Shown here: one piece after another, positions 29,260 to 39,000 of the stretch
How the letters are laid out: the number at the start of each line of letters is the position of its first letter
How positions within the stretch are numbered: position 1 is the first letter of the stretch
Notes under the pieces: model-generated
What the model saw: the letters and a program-made list of their open reading frames with translations, nothing else
Told to the model about the DNA's origin: nothing
Database searches by the model: none
Origin: Candidatus Liptonbacteria bacterium
Lineage (GTDB): Bacteria; Patescibacteriota; Minisyncoccia; UBA6257; 2-01-FULL-56-20
Assembly: GCA_016204355.1 (NCBI GenBank)
Contig: JACQKT010000018.1
Location: 4,987-68,986 of the forward strand
Direction of reading: 5' to 3'
Length of the DNA: 64,000 nucleotides
Translations under genes and position numbers: made by a program

Positions 29260-30021
29260 GTGCGGCGCGCGACTCCGCCGACAATAAAGAAATTAAATTT
29301 TAGTTCGCTTTCTATGAAAAAAATCCTGAGTTCATTTTTCGATTCCGTAATGGATATCTTGTTTCCGTCTCTTTGTCTTGATTGCGGCGAAAGTATAGTT
29401 TCCGACGAAATGCTCTGCGCCCGGTGTTTTGAAAACATTTACATAAACCGCTCTCTTTTTTGCGGAAAATGCGGCGCACGGCTTCCAAGTCTAAAAAAAA
29501 TTTGCCATTTGGATTTTCCATATATTCTCGGAGCTGCCGCCTCTTACAAGGACGAACTGCCGCGGCTTTTGGTTCATGAACTAAAATTTAAATTTGTCAG
29601 AAATGCGGCACGGCCGCTCGCGGAAATTTTGGCGATTTACGCAAGAAATGCGGGGCTTACCGAAGATGATTGGCTTGTTGTTCCCGTTCCACTCGGGCCA
29701 AAGCGCTTTCGTCGCCGCGGATACAATCAGTCGGAAATCATCGCAAAAATCTTCGCCGAGACACTTTCTATAAAAATTGAAAATGACGGTTTTGTTCGTT
29801 CGAAGGAAACGAAGCCGCAAAGCGAAATGAGAGACTTCGAATCGCGCGTGGAAAATACGAAAGAATGTTTTTCCGTTGTTTCGCCGGAAAAATTTGCGGG
29901 GAAAAACATAATTCTTATCGATGACGTTTCGACTTCCGGGATAACATTTTTCGAGGCGGCAACTTCCTTGAAAAAATCGGGGGCGAAAAAGATAGTGGCG
30001 TTGGCCTCGGTGAAAGGATGA
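29260..30021 (+). CDS. comF: competence protein ComF (phosphoribosyltransferase-like)
   Basis: N-terminal double CxxC zinc finger plus C-terminal PRTase fold (IILIDDVSTSGITF). Probable true start at MKKILSS. Confidence 0.75.
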   Translation: MRRATPPTIKKLNFSSLSMKKILSSFFDSVMDILFPSLCLDCGESIVSDEMLCARCFENIYINRSLFCGKCGARLPSLKKICHLDFPYILGAAASYKDELPRLLVHELKFKFVRNAARPLAEILAIYARNAGLTEDDWLVVPVPLGPKRFRRRGYNQSEIIAKIFAETLSIKIENDGFVRSKETKPQSEMRDFESRVENTKECFSVVSPEKFAGKNIILIDDVSTSGITFFEAATSLKKSGAKKIVALASVKG

Positions 30022-30067
30022 GGCAGGTTCTGTGGCAAAAACTACCCGGCGGTGTTAACATTTTCTA

Positions 30068-30538
30068 ATGGAACGTTTCAGTATAGAATGGCAGGCTCCC
30101 GAATTCGAATACAGGGAAAAAGATGTTTCCTGGTACTGGCTCAGCGCGATGATAGCCGCCATTCTGTTAAGCGCTTCCATTTGGCAAAAAAACTTTCTTT
30201 TCACTATTTTCATAATCGTCGCCGAAATCCTGGTCCTTGTATGGGCGGGCAGAAAACCGAGAACACTTTTATTCAAAATAGACGAGAAGGGGCTTACCAT
30301 AAACAGGAATAAGTTTTATCCTTATTCCCAGATGGAGGCTTTTTCCATAAGAGAGGGCGCATCGAATGAATGGGCCGAGGCAGTATTCAAATTCAGAAAG
30401 GGCGCGCGGCATCTGATTAAAGCGCTGATTCCCGCAAAAAGAGCCGCCGAAATAGAAAAAGCACTGGCGCCGGTTCTGGATAAGAAAGACTTTGAAGAGG
30501 GGCTGATCGATTCCATGGAAAGATTCCTTGGATTCTAG
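30068..30538 (+). CDS. membrane protein with bacterial PH-like domain (bPH_2-like)
   Basis: Two TM helices followed by a small beta-rich soluble domain. Weak family resemblance. Confidence 0.4.
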   Translation: MERFSIEWQAPEFEYREKDVSWYWLSAMIAAILLSASIWQKNFLFTIFIIVAEILVLVWAGRKPRTLLFKIDEKGLTINRNKFYPYSQMEAFSIREGASNEWAEAVFKFRKGARHLIKALIPAKRAAEIEKALAPVLDKKDFEEGLIDSMERFLGF

Positions 30539-30588
30539 ACTATGGAATGGATATCGTGTCGTTCGGTTTAACAAAAAAATAAACGCAT

Positions 30589-30660
30589 GCCCTCGTCGTT
30601 CAACGGATAGGACGCGAGATTGCGGATCTCGTAATAGAGGTTCGATTCCTCTCGAGGGCA
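30589..30660 (+). tRNA. tRNA-Arg (anticodon GCG)
   Basis: GCCCUCG-UC-GUUC-AACGGAUA-GGAC-G-CGAGA-UUGCGGA-UCUCG-UAAU-AGAGG-UUCGAUU-CCUCU-CGAGGGC-A. No encoded CCA. Confidence 0.7.
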
Positions 30661-30669
30661 CAAAATAAA

Positions 30670-30927
30670 ATGAGATTTGTTTTTCTCCTGCTGATAATCT
30701 TTATAGCGTTGACGGGTTTGTTTTTTTATTTCTCGAACAACTTCGACCAAATTGCGGATTTGGATTACTTTATAAAAACCTCCGTTCAAAAAAAACAAAT
30801 TGAACAGGCGCAGCAAACGACTGGCACGACGACAACTCCTGCAAAAATGGCAGTGCCCGAGGGATTTAATGGCCCGACCGGGGAACCTCACATAATAGGG
30901 CCGCAGGGAGGGCCGCCGAACTATTAG
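30670..30927 (+). CDS. small secreted/membrane-anchored hypothetical protein
   Basis: 85 aa with a hydrophobic N-terminus and a Thr/Pro/Gly-rich tail. Confidence 0.4.
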   Translation: MRFVFLLLIIFIALTGLFFYFSNNFDQIADLDYFIKTSVQKKQIEQAQQTTGTTTTPAKMAVPEGFNGPTGEPHIIGPQGGPPNY

Positions 30928-31040
30928 TAAATTTCAGGTGTCACGTATCAAGTGTCATTAGTTATTTGACGCTGGTGTTATCGTTGCCTGTATTTGAACT
31001 CTTGACACCCGACACATGATACTTGAAACTTTACGCGCAG

Positions 31041-31114
31041 GCGGGTGTAGCACAGTGGCAGTGCGTCTGGTTGCCAATCAGAATACGAGGGTTCGATTCC
31101 CTTCACCCGCTCCA
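31041..31114 (+). tRNA. tRNA-Gly (anticodon GCC)
   Basis: GCGGGUG-UA-GCAC-AGUGGCA-GUGC-G-UCUGG-UUGCCAA-UCAGA-AUAC-GAGGG-UUCGAUU-CCCUU-CACCCGC-U-CCA, with encoded CCA. Confidence 0.85.
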
Positions 31115-31207
31115 GAATTAAACTCAAGTCCTTCTTTATTTAAGAAGTGCGCGGTTTTTATAAGTACTTTGACTAATTTCATTTCCGTTTTAGTATAATA
31201 TCCTAAT

Positions 31208-31807
31208 ATGGCCATAAGTAACCGGCCGCTTTTTATATCGTTTCCTATGTTAGATGGCGAAGCAAAATTAGTTGAAAGCGCCGTCAGGGGTAAGGCCTCG
31301 GCTTTTGGCCTTCTTTATGACCATTATCAGCCGAAAATATATCGGTTCATATTGATAAAGATAGGCCGGCGTGAGGATGCCGAGGACCTTACTCATCAGG
31401 TATTTCTTAACGCCTGGCAGAGTATTTCCAATTACAAAGACCTTGGATTCCCCTTTTCGAGCTGGCTTTACCGGATAGCGAGAAACCAGGTAATCGACAA
31501 ATACCGGACAAAAAAGCGGGAAATCGACATTGAAAAAGTAGAGGCGGAATATTTTTCAGACTTGGGCCTTAACGAAGAAAGCATCGAGGGGAAAATCCGC
31601 ATTGAACTGGTAATGGAAGCGGTAAAGACTCTCAAGCAGGATTATCAGGACGTCTTGATAATGAGATTCGTCGAAGATCTTTCGATAAAAGAAGTTGCCG
31701 CTACAATAGAAAAAACGGAGGGGGCGGTAAAACTCATGCAGCACCGCGCGGTAAAGGAATTAAAAAAAATCCTCGAAAAAAAACATGGAACCAATCGAAC
31801 TTCTTAA
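31208..31807 (+). CDS. ECF-family RNA polymerase sigma factor
   Basis: Sigma-70 region 2 (FLNAWQSISNY...FSSWLYRIARNQVIDKYR) and region 4 HTH (LIMRFVEDLSIKEVAATIEKTEGAVKLMQHRAVKEL). Confidence 0.8.
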   Translation: MAISNRPLFISFPMLDGEAKLVESAVRGKASAFGLLYDHYQPKIYRFILIKIGRREDAEDLTHQVFLNAWQSISNYKDLGFPFSSWLYRIARNQVIDKYRTKKREIDIEKVEAEYFSDLGLNEESIEGKIRIELVMEAVKTLKQDYQDVLIMRFVEDLSIKEVAATIEKTEGAVKLMQHRAVKELKKILEKKHGTNRTS

Positions 31808-32273
31808 AAAATTTAAAAATCTGGAACCGGACCCGGACTATACAAAGAGATCCAGAAATCTTATTTTGAGCAACGGCAGGTGGGCCGGCTTTCCTGTATC
31901 CATGAAAGAAATAACTATGGGAATTTTCAAATCCGGCTGGTCAATAGCCCTGACGGCGGCAATGCTTCTTTTGGCTGTGGGAAGTTTTTCTGCATTGAAA
32001 ATATTTTCACCGGTAAGAAATTCTGTTGTCGACATTACCGGCCTCAAGGCGGAGGCTGAAGCGATAGACGCGCAGATAGAACTGGGCAACGTAGTCTATA
32101 CCTCAGCCCTCGGCATTGAGAACAAAACAAGCACAACGAGTATTGCGTCACCAAAAGCCACCGTGAAAATTTCCCCCCCGGCAAAAACCGAAAATATAGG
32201 CCAAGAAAGCGGGGAAGAAGGCACTTCCACAGAGCCGACCATCGATTCGGTACTGGACGCGCTTTCCCAATAA
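31785..32273 (+). CDS. putative membrane-anchored anti-sigma factor
   Basis: Overlaps the sigma gene by 23 nt. Short cytoplasmic N-terminus, one TM, extracytoplasmic tail. Call is by context only. Confidence 0.4.
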   Translation: MEPIELLKKFKNLEPDPDYTKRSRNLILSNGRWAGFPVSMKEITMGIFKSGWSIALTAAMLLLAVGSFSALKIFSPVRNSVVDITGLKAEAEAIDAQIELGNVVYTSALGIENKTSTTSIASPKATVKISPPAKTENIGQESGEEGTSTEPTIDSVLDALSQ

Positions 32274-32277
32274 AACT

Positions 32278-33042
32278 ATGCGAAAAGGCACAATATTGAC
32301 CGGCGCCTTTCTTGTTTCGGCGCTTACGGTAACAATTTTTAACCAGGCGCGCGCGCAAACGAACTGCGATTTCAAAAACAACCTTGAGAAACTTTCGGTT
32401 GCAGAAGAAGCCTCGAAAATCGACGACGGCGCCGAGAATATAAAAAACGAGCTGTCGATAAGAAAAGAACTGCTTAATCAGGCGCTTGATTGTTCGATAA
32501 GCGATGCCCTGAGCCTCCAATCCGAAGTAAAATCAACTCAGGTAGGCTATTCTGACCTCAAAAATTATCAGGCAAGACTTGTATCCAAAATCGACGAAAT
32601 AATCGGATACTATCATAATCAAAAAGAAGTTGTTAAAGATCTCGGCATAGAAGGAAGCAAAATTTTTTCCGCGAATCTGAGAACATGGAGAGATTCCAAC
32701 TACGCTCCGATAGAAGAACTGGGCAAAAATTTCCCTATCTTTGCACGCAACCAGGACTTTCTTCAGACTGCGCAGAACAGGCTGTATCAAATAAGCTTGA
32801 CATTAAGGGCGCTTGAATTGGACGGTGATCAGGAAATAGGAAACCTCGTAAATCAGGCAAGAAGGCAAATCTACTCGGCTAATGAAGATAACGGTTACGC
32901 GGCGGACATTTATAAAAGGCTGTCGTGGCCGAACAATGTATCCGGCCTTGTTCTTTCAACACTCCAGCATTTGAAAGACGCCTATCAAAGCTTTTTTGAA
33001 ATCGGGAGCGAGGCCCAAAAAATAATATCCGAATCTAAGTAA
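32278..33042 (+). CDS. secreted hypothetical protein
   Basis: Signal peptide (…TIFNQARAQ) and a helical body, co-oriented with the sigma/anti-sigma pair. Confidence 0.5.
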   Translation: MRKGTILTGAFLVSALTVTIFNQARAQTNCDFKNNLEKLSVAEEASKIDDGAENIKNELSIRKELLNQALDCSISDALSLQSEVKSTQVGYSDLKNYQARLVSKIDEIIGYYHNQKEVVKDLGIEGSKIFSANLRTWRDSNYAPIEELGKNFPIFARNQDFLQTAQNRLYQISLTLRALELDGDQEIGNLVNQARRQIYSANEDNGYAADIYKRLSWPNNVSGLVLSTLQHLKDAYQSFFEIGSEAQKIISESK

Positions 33043-33052
33043 ATCAAGAAAC

Positions 33053-33081
33053 CAAGAGCCGCTTTTAAAAGCGGCTCTTGG
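33053..33081. terminator. bidirectional intrinsic terminator between convergent genes
   Basis: Perfect 11-bp stem CCAAGAGCCGC-ttttaaaa-GCGGCTCTTGG flanked by AAA/TTT, between the 32278..33042 (+) stop and the hup (-) stop. Confidence 0.6.
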
Positions 33082-33128
33082 TTTCTGCGGTACTTTTCCC
33101 TTTGCAAGCCTTCTGCCCGCAAAATTCT

Positions 33129-33404
33129 CTACTTAACGGCTTCCTTGAGAACTTTGCCGGCGCGAAATTTCGGCTTGGTTGAAGCCGCAATCTGTATCGT
33201 TTCGCCGGTTTTCGGGTTTCGACCCTGGCGGGCCGCCCTTTTGGCAACGCGGAAAGTTCCGAAACCGGTTATGGCAACGTCTTCGCCGCGCCCCATTGTT
33301 TTCACGATCGTGTCGAAAACAGCTTCGACTGCGCGGTGCGCGGCGGCTTTTGTTTCAAAACCGCCCGCTTTCATCACTGCCTCGACTAATCCGTCTTTGG
33401 TCAT
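33129..33404 (-). CDS. hup: DNA-binding protein HU
   Basis: 91 aa with the HU/IHF signature (GFGTFRVAKRAARQGRNPKTGE). Confidence 0.9.
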   Translation of the reverse strand: MTKDGLVEAVMKAGGFETKAAAHRAVEAVFDTIVKTMGRGEDVAITGFGTFRVAKRAARQGRNPKTGETIQIAASTKPKFRAGKVLKEAVK

Positions 33405-33584
33405 GAATTAATTTTTGGAAATGTAACCGACCTTTTTACCCTCCCAAATTTTGCCCCGCAAAACTTGGTTGGGTTAAATCTCTGATTGCTGTAAAGTATA
33501 GCAAAATCGGGCTGAAACGCCAATGTGTGCATAGATATAAAGGTTTGGGCGTGGAAGTCTGTCAACTGGCGCCCAAATTTAAAC

Positions 33585-35852
33585 CTAAAACCCTATGCCG
33601 AGCTGCCTTAAAATCGGCTCGAGTTGGGCGTATGAAGGACTGTCTTTTATATTCAGCTTCTTGACGGCTTCTACGAGGTACTCGCGGGCATCATCGAACT
33701 GCCGCGCGTAGAAGTAAGCCACGCCAAGTTTTATCTCTGTCTCCAAATCGGAATGTTCCGACATGTTCCATGCCGTTTTATAAAGTTCGATCGCCTCGGA
33801 AAGATGTCCGGAATCGGCGAAATAACCCGCAATGGTTCTCGGCTCATAAAAATTTTTCCATTCACGGCCCATTTTGATGGCTGTTTTTATTTCTGCGTAG
33901 CCGGTAGCGGGGTCGCCTGTTGCGAAAGCAAGGAGTCCGTAATAAAAATGCGCGTCGGGCACGCCGGGATTATCATCCAAAACCTGCTTCAGTATCGATA
34001 AAGCTCCCGTATAATCACCTTCTATGGTTTTTGTTTTGGCGAGGTAAAAATATGTTTCCTGCCTTTTCGGGCTTATTTCAAGAGCGACTTTCGCTTCGTC
34101 CTCGGCTTTTTTCGTATACGTTTCGGGGTCGATGCTCGCGACCTCGTTGTAAAGATTTACCAAGGCGTAGTGGTTGAATGCGTCAGCGGGATGTTCGTTG
34201 CGAACTTCTTCCATCGCTTTTATCGCCTTAAGCGCATCCTCGTCGGAAACCGTCCCCGGGTAGTTGAAATACTGACTGGCAACCGCTATCGCGTAATCGC
34301 GTTTGAAATTCCAGGAATAAGGGCTCCATGTTGCCGCCGCTTTTTCGAAATCGCCGAGACCGCGGAAGATATCCTGATGCAAAAAATTTTGAAAGCCATT
34401 ATATAGATGATTCGAGGCTTTTAAAGAATTGATGTTTACAAAATAAACGGGGACGAATGCGGCGACAAGGCATACGCCCGCCACAGCCGGCGAAATTTTC
34501 GTCGGTACGGCGTTTTTCTGCGAAATGTTTCTTATCGCCGCTATATCGCCGGATTTTTCTCTGAAAGCGCCGTTGGTCGCCCCCAGAAATAGAAACATCA
34601 TCAAAAGCGGGCCGATTGTTTCAAAAAAGAAGAGTTGACTTACGGCGTATGACGCAAGCATCGCCATGAAAACCGACCGCCAAATCCGATCGCCTTGTCT
34701 GAATGACTCATAGACTGCGGCCGCGAAAAAACCGATAAAAGCGATGAAAAGGATTATTCCGCCGGCGTTTGCGTACTCGAGAAAAAGATTGTGCGGCTTG
34801 TCGAAATTGGTTTCTCTGTAGGAAGATGCGAGCGCCTTCGGGTCGTAATGGCGGTCGTATATCACTATGAAATTCCCCGGCCCCCATCCGAGAATCGGCT
34901 TTTCAAGAAATCCCTCCCAACCGGCCTTGAGCGCCGAAAGACGCGGCGTCAGCGAACTGTCTCCCGAGAGCGACAAAGAACTGAAACGTGAAATCCCGGG
35001 AATTTTGCTCCAAAAAGGATTTTCTTTTGTTACGAAGAATAAAGCCGCAGACAGCACGATAGCTATCATTAAAACAATGTAAACTTTGCGGTTTCCCAAA
35101 AACCCCCGTATCTCTTCAAGTGGTTTTATCGAAAAGATAAACAAAAGCGTCATGATACCGGCCGCAAGTCCCAATATGTCCCCCCTTGTTTGGGCAAAAA
35201 ATACCGCGACCAGAGCATTAAGCGTTCCTGCCGCGCCCGTGAAAAAAAGTTTGATGCGCGCGTTTTTATTTTCTTGGAGCTGGCGTAGAAAAAGATAAAT
35301 CGCGAGGAAAACATGGAGAACAAGATACCCTGCCATGAATGTCGGGTTGCCGAATGTCGCGCCGGGCCTGTCTCCCGGATTTTCTATGAGAAGAAGATTG
35401 GGAACATAAAGCTGCGCGTAGGCTATAAAACCGATGAATATTGAAACGGCAAGGGAACTGTAAAAAATTTTTCGCCATGGCAACTCGTTGAAAAGCGAGG
35501 AAACAATCAGTCCGAATACCGCGAAATGAAGCATTGCAAAAAACCCTATTCCGCGCTCATAGGTCGACCAAAGGCTTCTCCAAAGATCTATGCCGGCAAA
35601 AGAAGTAAGCAGATAAATTCCAAAAAAAACAGCTCCTGCGGAAATCAAAGGGGTGAATTTCGGGCGATAGCGCGGAAAAGAAATCGCAAGCGCAAGCCAC
35701 AAGAAAAAAGCTATTTCAACGAATATCTGAAAAAAAAGCGTTTTGGTGAGCGTGTAAGGATATACGCTGGGGTTGAAATAAAAAAGCGGCGTGCCTATTA
35801 CAATTATAAAAATCAAACCGATAATTGTTTTCAAAAGATTCTTTTCGCTCAT
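33585..35852 (-). CDS. O-antigen ligase-like polytopic membrane protein with C-terminal TPR repeats
   Basis: About 12 TM helices (Wzy_C-like core) followed by a soluble region of about 300 aa with repeated TPR-like helices. Confidence 0.55.
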   Translation of the reverse strand: MSEKNLLKTIIGLIFIIVIGTPLFYFNPSVYPYTLTKTLFFQIFVEIAFFLWLALAISFPRYRPKFTPLISAGAVFFGIYLLTSFAGIDLWRSLWSTYERGIGFFAMLHFAVFGLIVSSLFNELPWRKIFYSSLAVSIFIGFIAYAQLYVPNLLLIENPGDRPGATFGNPTFMAGYLVLHVFLAIYLFLRQLQENKNARIKLFFTGAAGTLNALVAVFFAQTRGDILGLAAGIMTLLFIFSIKPLEEIRGFLGNRKVYIVLMIAIVLSAALFFVTKENPFWSKIPGISRFSSLSLSGDSSLTPRLSALKAGWEGFLEKPILGWGPGNFIVIYDRHYDPKALASSYRETNFDKPHNLFLEYANAGGIILFIAFIGFFAAAVYESFRQGDRIWRSVFMAMLASYAVSQLFFFETIGPLLMMFLFLGATNGAFREKSGDIAAIRNISQKNAVPTKISPAVAGVCLVAAFVPVYFVNINSLKASNHLYNGFQNFLHQDIFRGLGDFEKAAATWSPYSWNFKRDYAIAVASQYFNYPGTVSDEDALKAIKAMEEVRNEHPADAFNHYALVNLYNEVASIDPETYTKKAEDEAKVALEISPKRQETYFYLAKTKTIEGDYTGALSILKQVLDDNPGVPDAHFYYGLLAFATGDPATGYAEIKTAIKMGREWKNFYEPRTIAGYFADSGHLSEAIELYKTAWNMSEHSDLETEIKLGVAYFYARQFDDAREYLVEAVKKLNIKDSPSYAQLEPILRQLGIGF

Positions 35853-35929
35853 AGATAAACGCTGGCGTGGGTTTAGTTATAGTCGCCGGTGAACTTGCTG
35901 GTGTGGAGAAATATTAACAGACCGGCGGC

Positions 35930-35969
35930 CAAAACCAAACCAAAACCCCCCTAACGAAAGTTAGAGGGG
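35930..35969 (-). terminator. intrinsic terminator downstream of the 1131-aa surface protein gene
   Basis: GNRA-capped hairpin CCCCCTAAC-gaaa-GTTAGAGGGG followed on the minus strand by GGUUUUGGUUUGGUUUU. Confidence 0.4.
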
Positions 35970-36042
35970 TCTCAGGTTTCCGGTTCAGACGGCTACCAAA
36001 CCGCCAACCGGGCTCAACTCGATCGCTAGATCAGAATCAGCT

Positions 36043-39000
36043 TTAGGAGCCGGCAGCGTACGAAACGGAGTTGACGGTTATCGGTATCGTGGTCGCCGGA
36101 ACGTTAAGTCCGGTTACACCTCCCGAAACCGCATCTGTCCATATCACGTTGCCTGCAGCGCTAATTGTAGCCGACAAGGTCTGCGACACACCGTTTTGCG
36201 CGGCACCCATGACTCCAGTCTGCGAAGAGTTAATTCGGAGAGTGAAGCTCTTGCTGGAACCGGCGCTGATAGTGTAGTTGTTGAGGTCGAACGACAAACT
36301 GGTCGTCGTGGAAGCCACAGCGTAGTACGAGCGGCCGTTAGCCGAGTCATACAGAGTGACATAACACGTTGTACAAGTGGCGACACTGCTGTTGCCAGTG
36401 CTCGTAGCGTTGAAGAAGTTTGTCGTCGAAGGACCGGAACCGCTGAAGGTAACCGTTATCGATTGGAGCTTCAGAGCGCCGGCGGAATCGGCCGCGAAGT
36501 TCAGGAGACCGATGTCATCGGTCGCCGATTTCGCGCGTCCGGTTGTAACACCGTTGGCAGTGCCAGTAAGCGTGAGTTTTGTTCTCAAGAGTGTCTGGGC
36601 ATTGCCGTTCGGAGACGAAGTAGCGACTGTTGCAGTCGCATTCGACGTCTGGCCGAGCACGGTCACGAGCTCAGCGGCTGTGTCGTTGCTCGGATCACCC
36701 GAGGTGTCGAACTTGAAGGTGTGCGCTTCGTTGTCTATCGCACCGCTCGAGCTGAACGAAGCAACGTCGCCCTTAAGCGTAAGGACAACCGAGTTGGACT
36801 TCGTTATGGTCACTGGGCTCGCAAAGTGGAACGTGTAGGTGTACGTGGTAGACGTACCGTTCACGCCTGCAGAACCGGCGCATCCCAACTGGCTGGCGCC
36901 ATTGTAGAGACAGAGGTTCTGGAAGCCCGTGGAGGTCGAGGTCGCGCTGACCGAGTCGGTCAAGCGCAGGTCGGTTACCTTCACGTCGTCGGCGTTCGAT
37001 GTCTCGGTGACGAGGAACGCGGCGAGGTTGTTGCCGGTTGAACCCATAACGATCTGGTTTGCGGACGGGTTGGAAGAATCGGCCGAAATCGTGATCGCTG
37101 GCTGGCCGGCGATGGCCACGTTCTGACCCGCGGTCGAGGTGCAGGTGACGGACGTGTACGAGGTCGCGCCGCTGCCTGTGCAGCTGCTGAGAGTCGTAGC
37201 TGTCGTCAGAGTACCTGACGCGTTCGAAAGAAGGTCGGCGTAAACGTCAACATACGTCGTGCCGCCGGAAGGAACCGTAAACGGTGCGCCGGAGAACGCG
37301 AATGTGCCGTTGGCACTCAGCGAAGCTTGCGTGCTGCCGAACTGCGTGCTTCCGACCATTACTTTCAGGTTTTGCATCGAGGCGCCGAAGAGAACCTGGA
37401 CCGAAACGTTCGATATCGACACTCCTTCAGCCGATGAGGCCGTCAGGGCGTACGAACCGATTTTCCGGTTGGTCGAATTTGCTGCGTAAGTCGGAGCTCC
37501 GAAAGCCGTGTTCTTGGCCGTGGTTAGCTGACTCGTCGCCAAAGTGAGGGCGGCTCCTGTCGCCGAACCGCTGTTCGCGGTCTGGCTCGAAGTCAAACCC
37601 TGCAAGTTGTTGTTGGTGGACGCTACCAAGCTGGCCGTTACGGTGCTGAAGTCGGCACCCGATTGTACGTCGCCTCTCAAAGACAAGACTCTGGTCGTGT
37701 TGGCCGGAATCGTGTAGTTGATCGGCGAGCTCGAGTTGCCGAAACACTTCGTAGCGGTTGTTGTGGCCGCGGATTCGGTTCCGTCAGTACACGACAAGGT
37801 TGTTGTCAGAGAGCTGATGGTGGAACCGACCTGACCGCCTGCATCATCGTCCAAGTGGACATTCTTGATGTAGCTGTCAAGCGTGTTTCCAGTGCCGCCA
37901 GTGAAAGCGAGCTGGAAGCTCAAGAACTTGACTTTGACCGGTTCGCCTGCCGCGTAGAAATCGAACTTGGCAAGTGTTACTCCGCTCTGACCCTTGGCAA
38001 TGTTGCCGGTCGGGGTGCTGGAGTCCTGAGTAACGGTTATGCTGCCCTGTTTGATGCTCACCTGCGTGCCGACGTTCGAACCTGCGGTTACAGGCGTGTT
38101 GTATTGCGAGTCAACCGCGTAAACGTCGTAGGCGTTCAAAATCTCAAATTGGAAGTTGAACGAAGGCGAACCCATCACGTCGGCGTAAACTTGAACGTTG
38201 TTCGCGCCGGTGTTGACGGTTGCAGGCGAAGCCGACAAATCGAAGTAGGCCGAGCCGTCGGATGCGACCGCGGCGAGCGTTTGTCCTACTTGCGTGCCGT
38301 TAACCATAAGTTTCACGTTCCTGATGTCGGCTTTGTTGGCCGAACCGATAACGGTGAACTTTATGTTCTTCAAGTACGTCTTGCTGTTGGCTCCCGTGAA
38401 AGTGAAAGCTCCCACAAGGTTGTTCTGGGTGCCTGCCGTCACTGAGGTTCCGATAGAAGACGAAGCAACTGTTATGCTCGCGATGGACGGGTTTGAAACC
38501 GTGGTCATCGTGAACGTGTTTCCGTTAACCGGGACTCCCGTTTCCGTTATGGAATTTCCGGAAGCGTCCATTGAAGAAACGCTGTCCGCTGAAGCCACCT
38601 GGAAGGAAACCGTGTTTCCGGCGTTGACGCTCGAAGAGATGTCAACCTGCAGCCAGAGCTCTCTTGTCTGTCCGGCGGCAACGTTAAGGCCTAAGCCCGA
38701 GAACGTGAGAACGCCGTTAGAGAGAGACTGGTATTGCGCGATTACTTTGCCTCCTTCGACAAGGTAAGCGCCGGTAATGTTGTTGTCAGCAACGACTCCG
38801 ACTTTCGTGAATTTAAGATCCGAAACGGTGACGCCGCTGGCTGTTCCAGCCGTAAGGTTTACGGCCAAAATCGAATTTCTTGCCGACCCGGCAATCAGAG
38901 AACCTGCAGCCGGATTGTTGGCAGAAAGCGAAACTTTAAGGCCCGAAGCCGGAGCAGGAACCGTTGTTCCTCCGCCAGTCGTACCTCCCGTGGTTCCGCC

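Noticed and set aside
31016-31198. Short ORFs overlapping tRNA genes (31016..31198, 11209..11394, 5237..5470, 16467..16673, 4982..5188)
   Set aside because: They overlap confidently folded tRNAs or the tRNA-flanking spacer. No coding signal.
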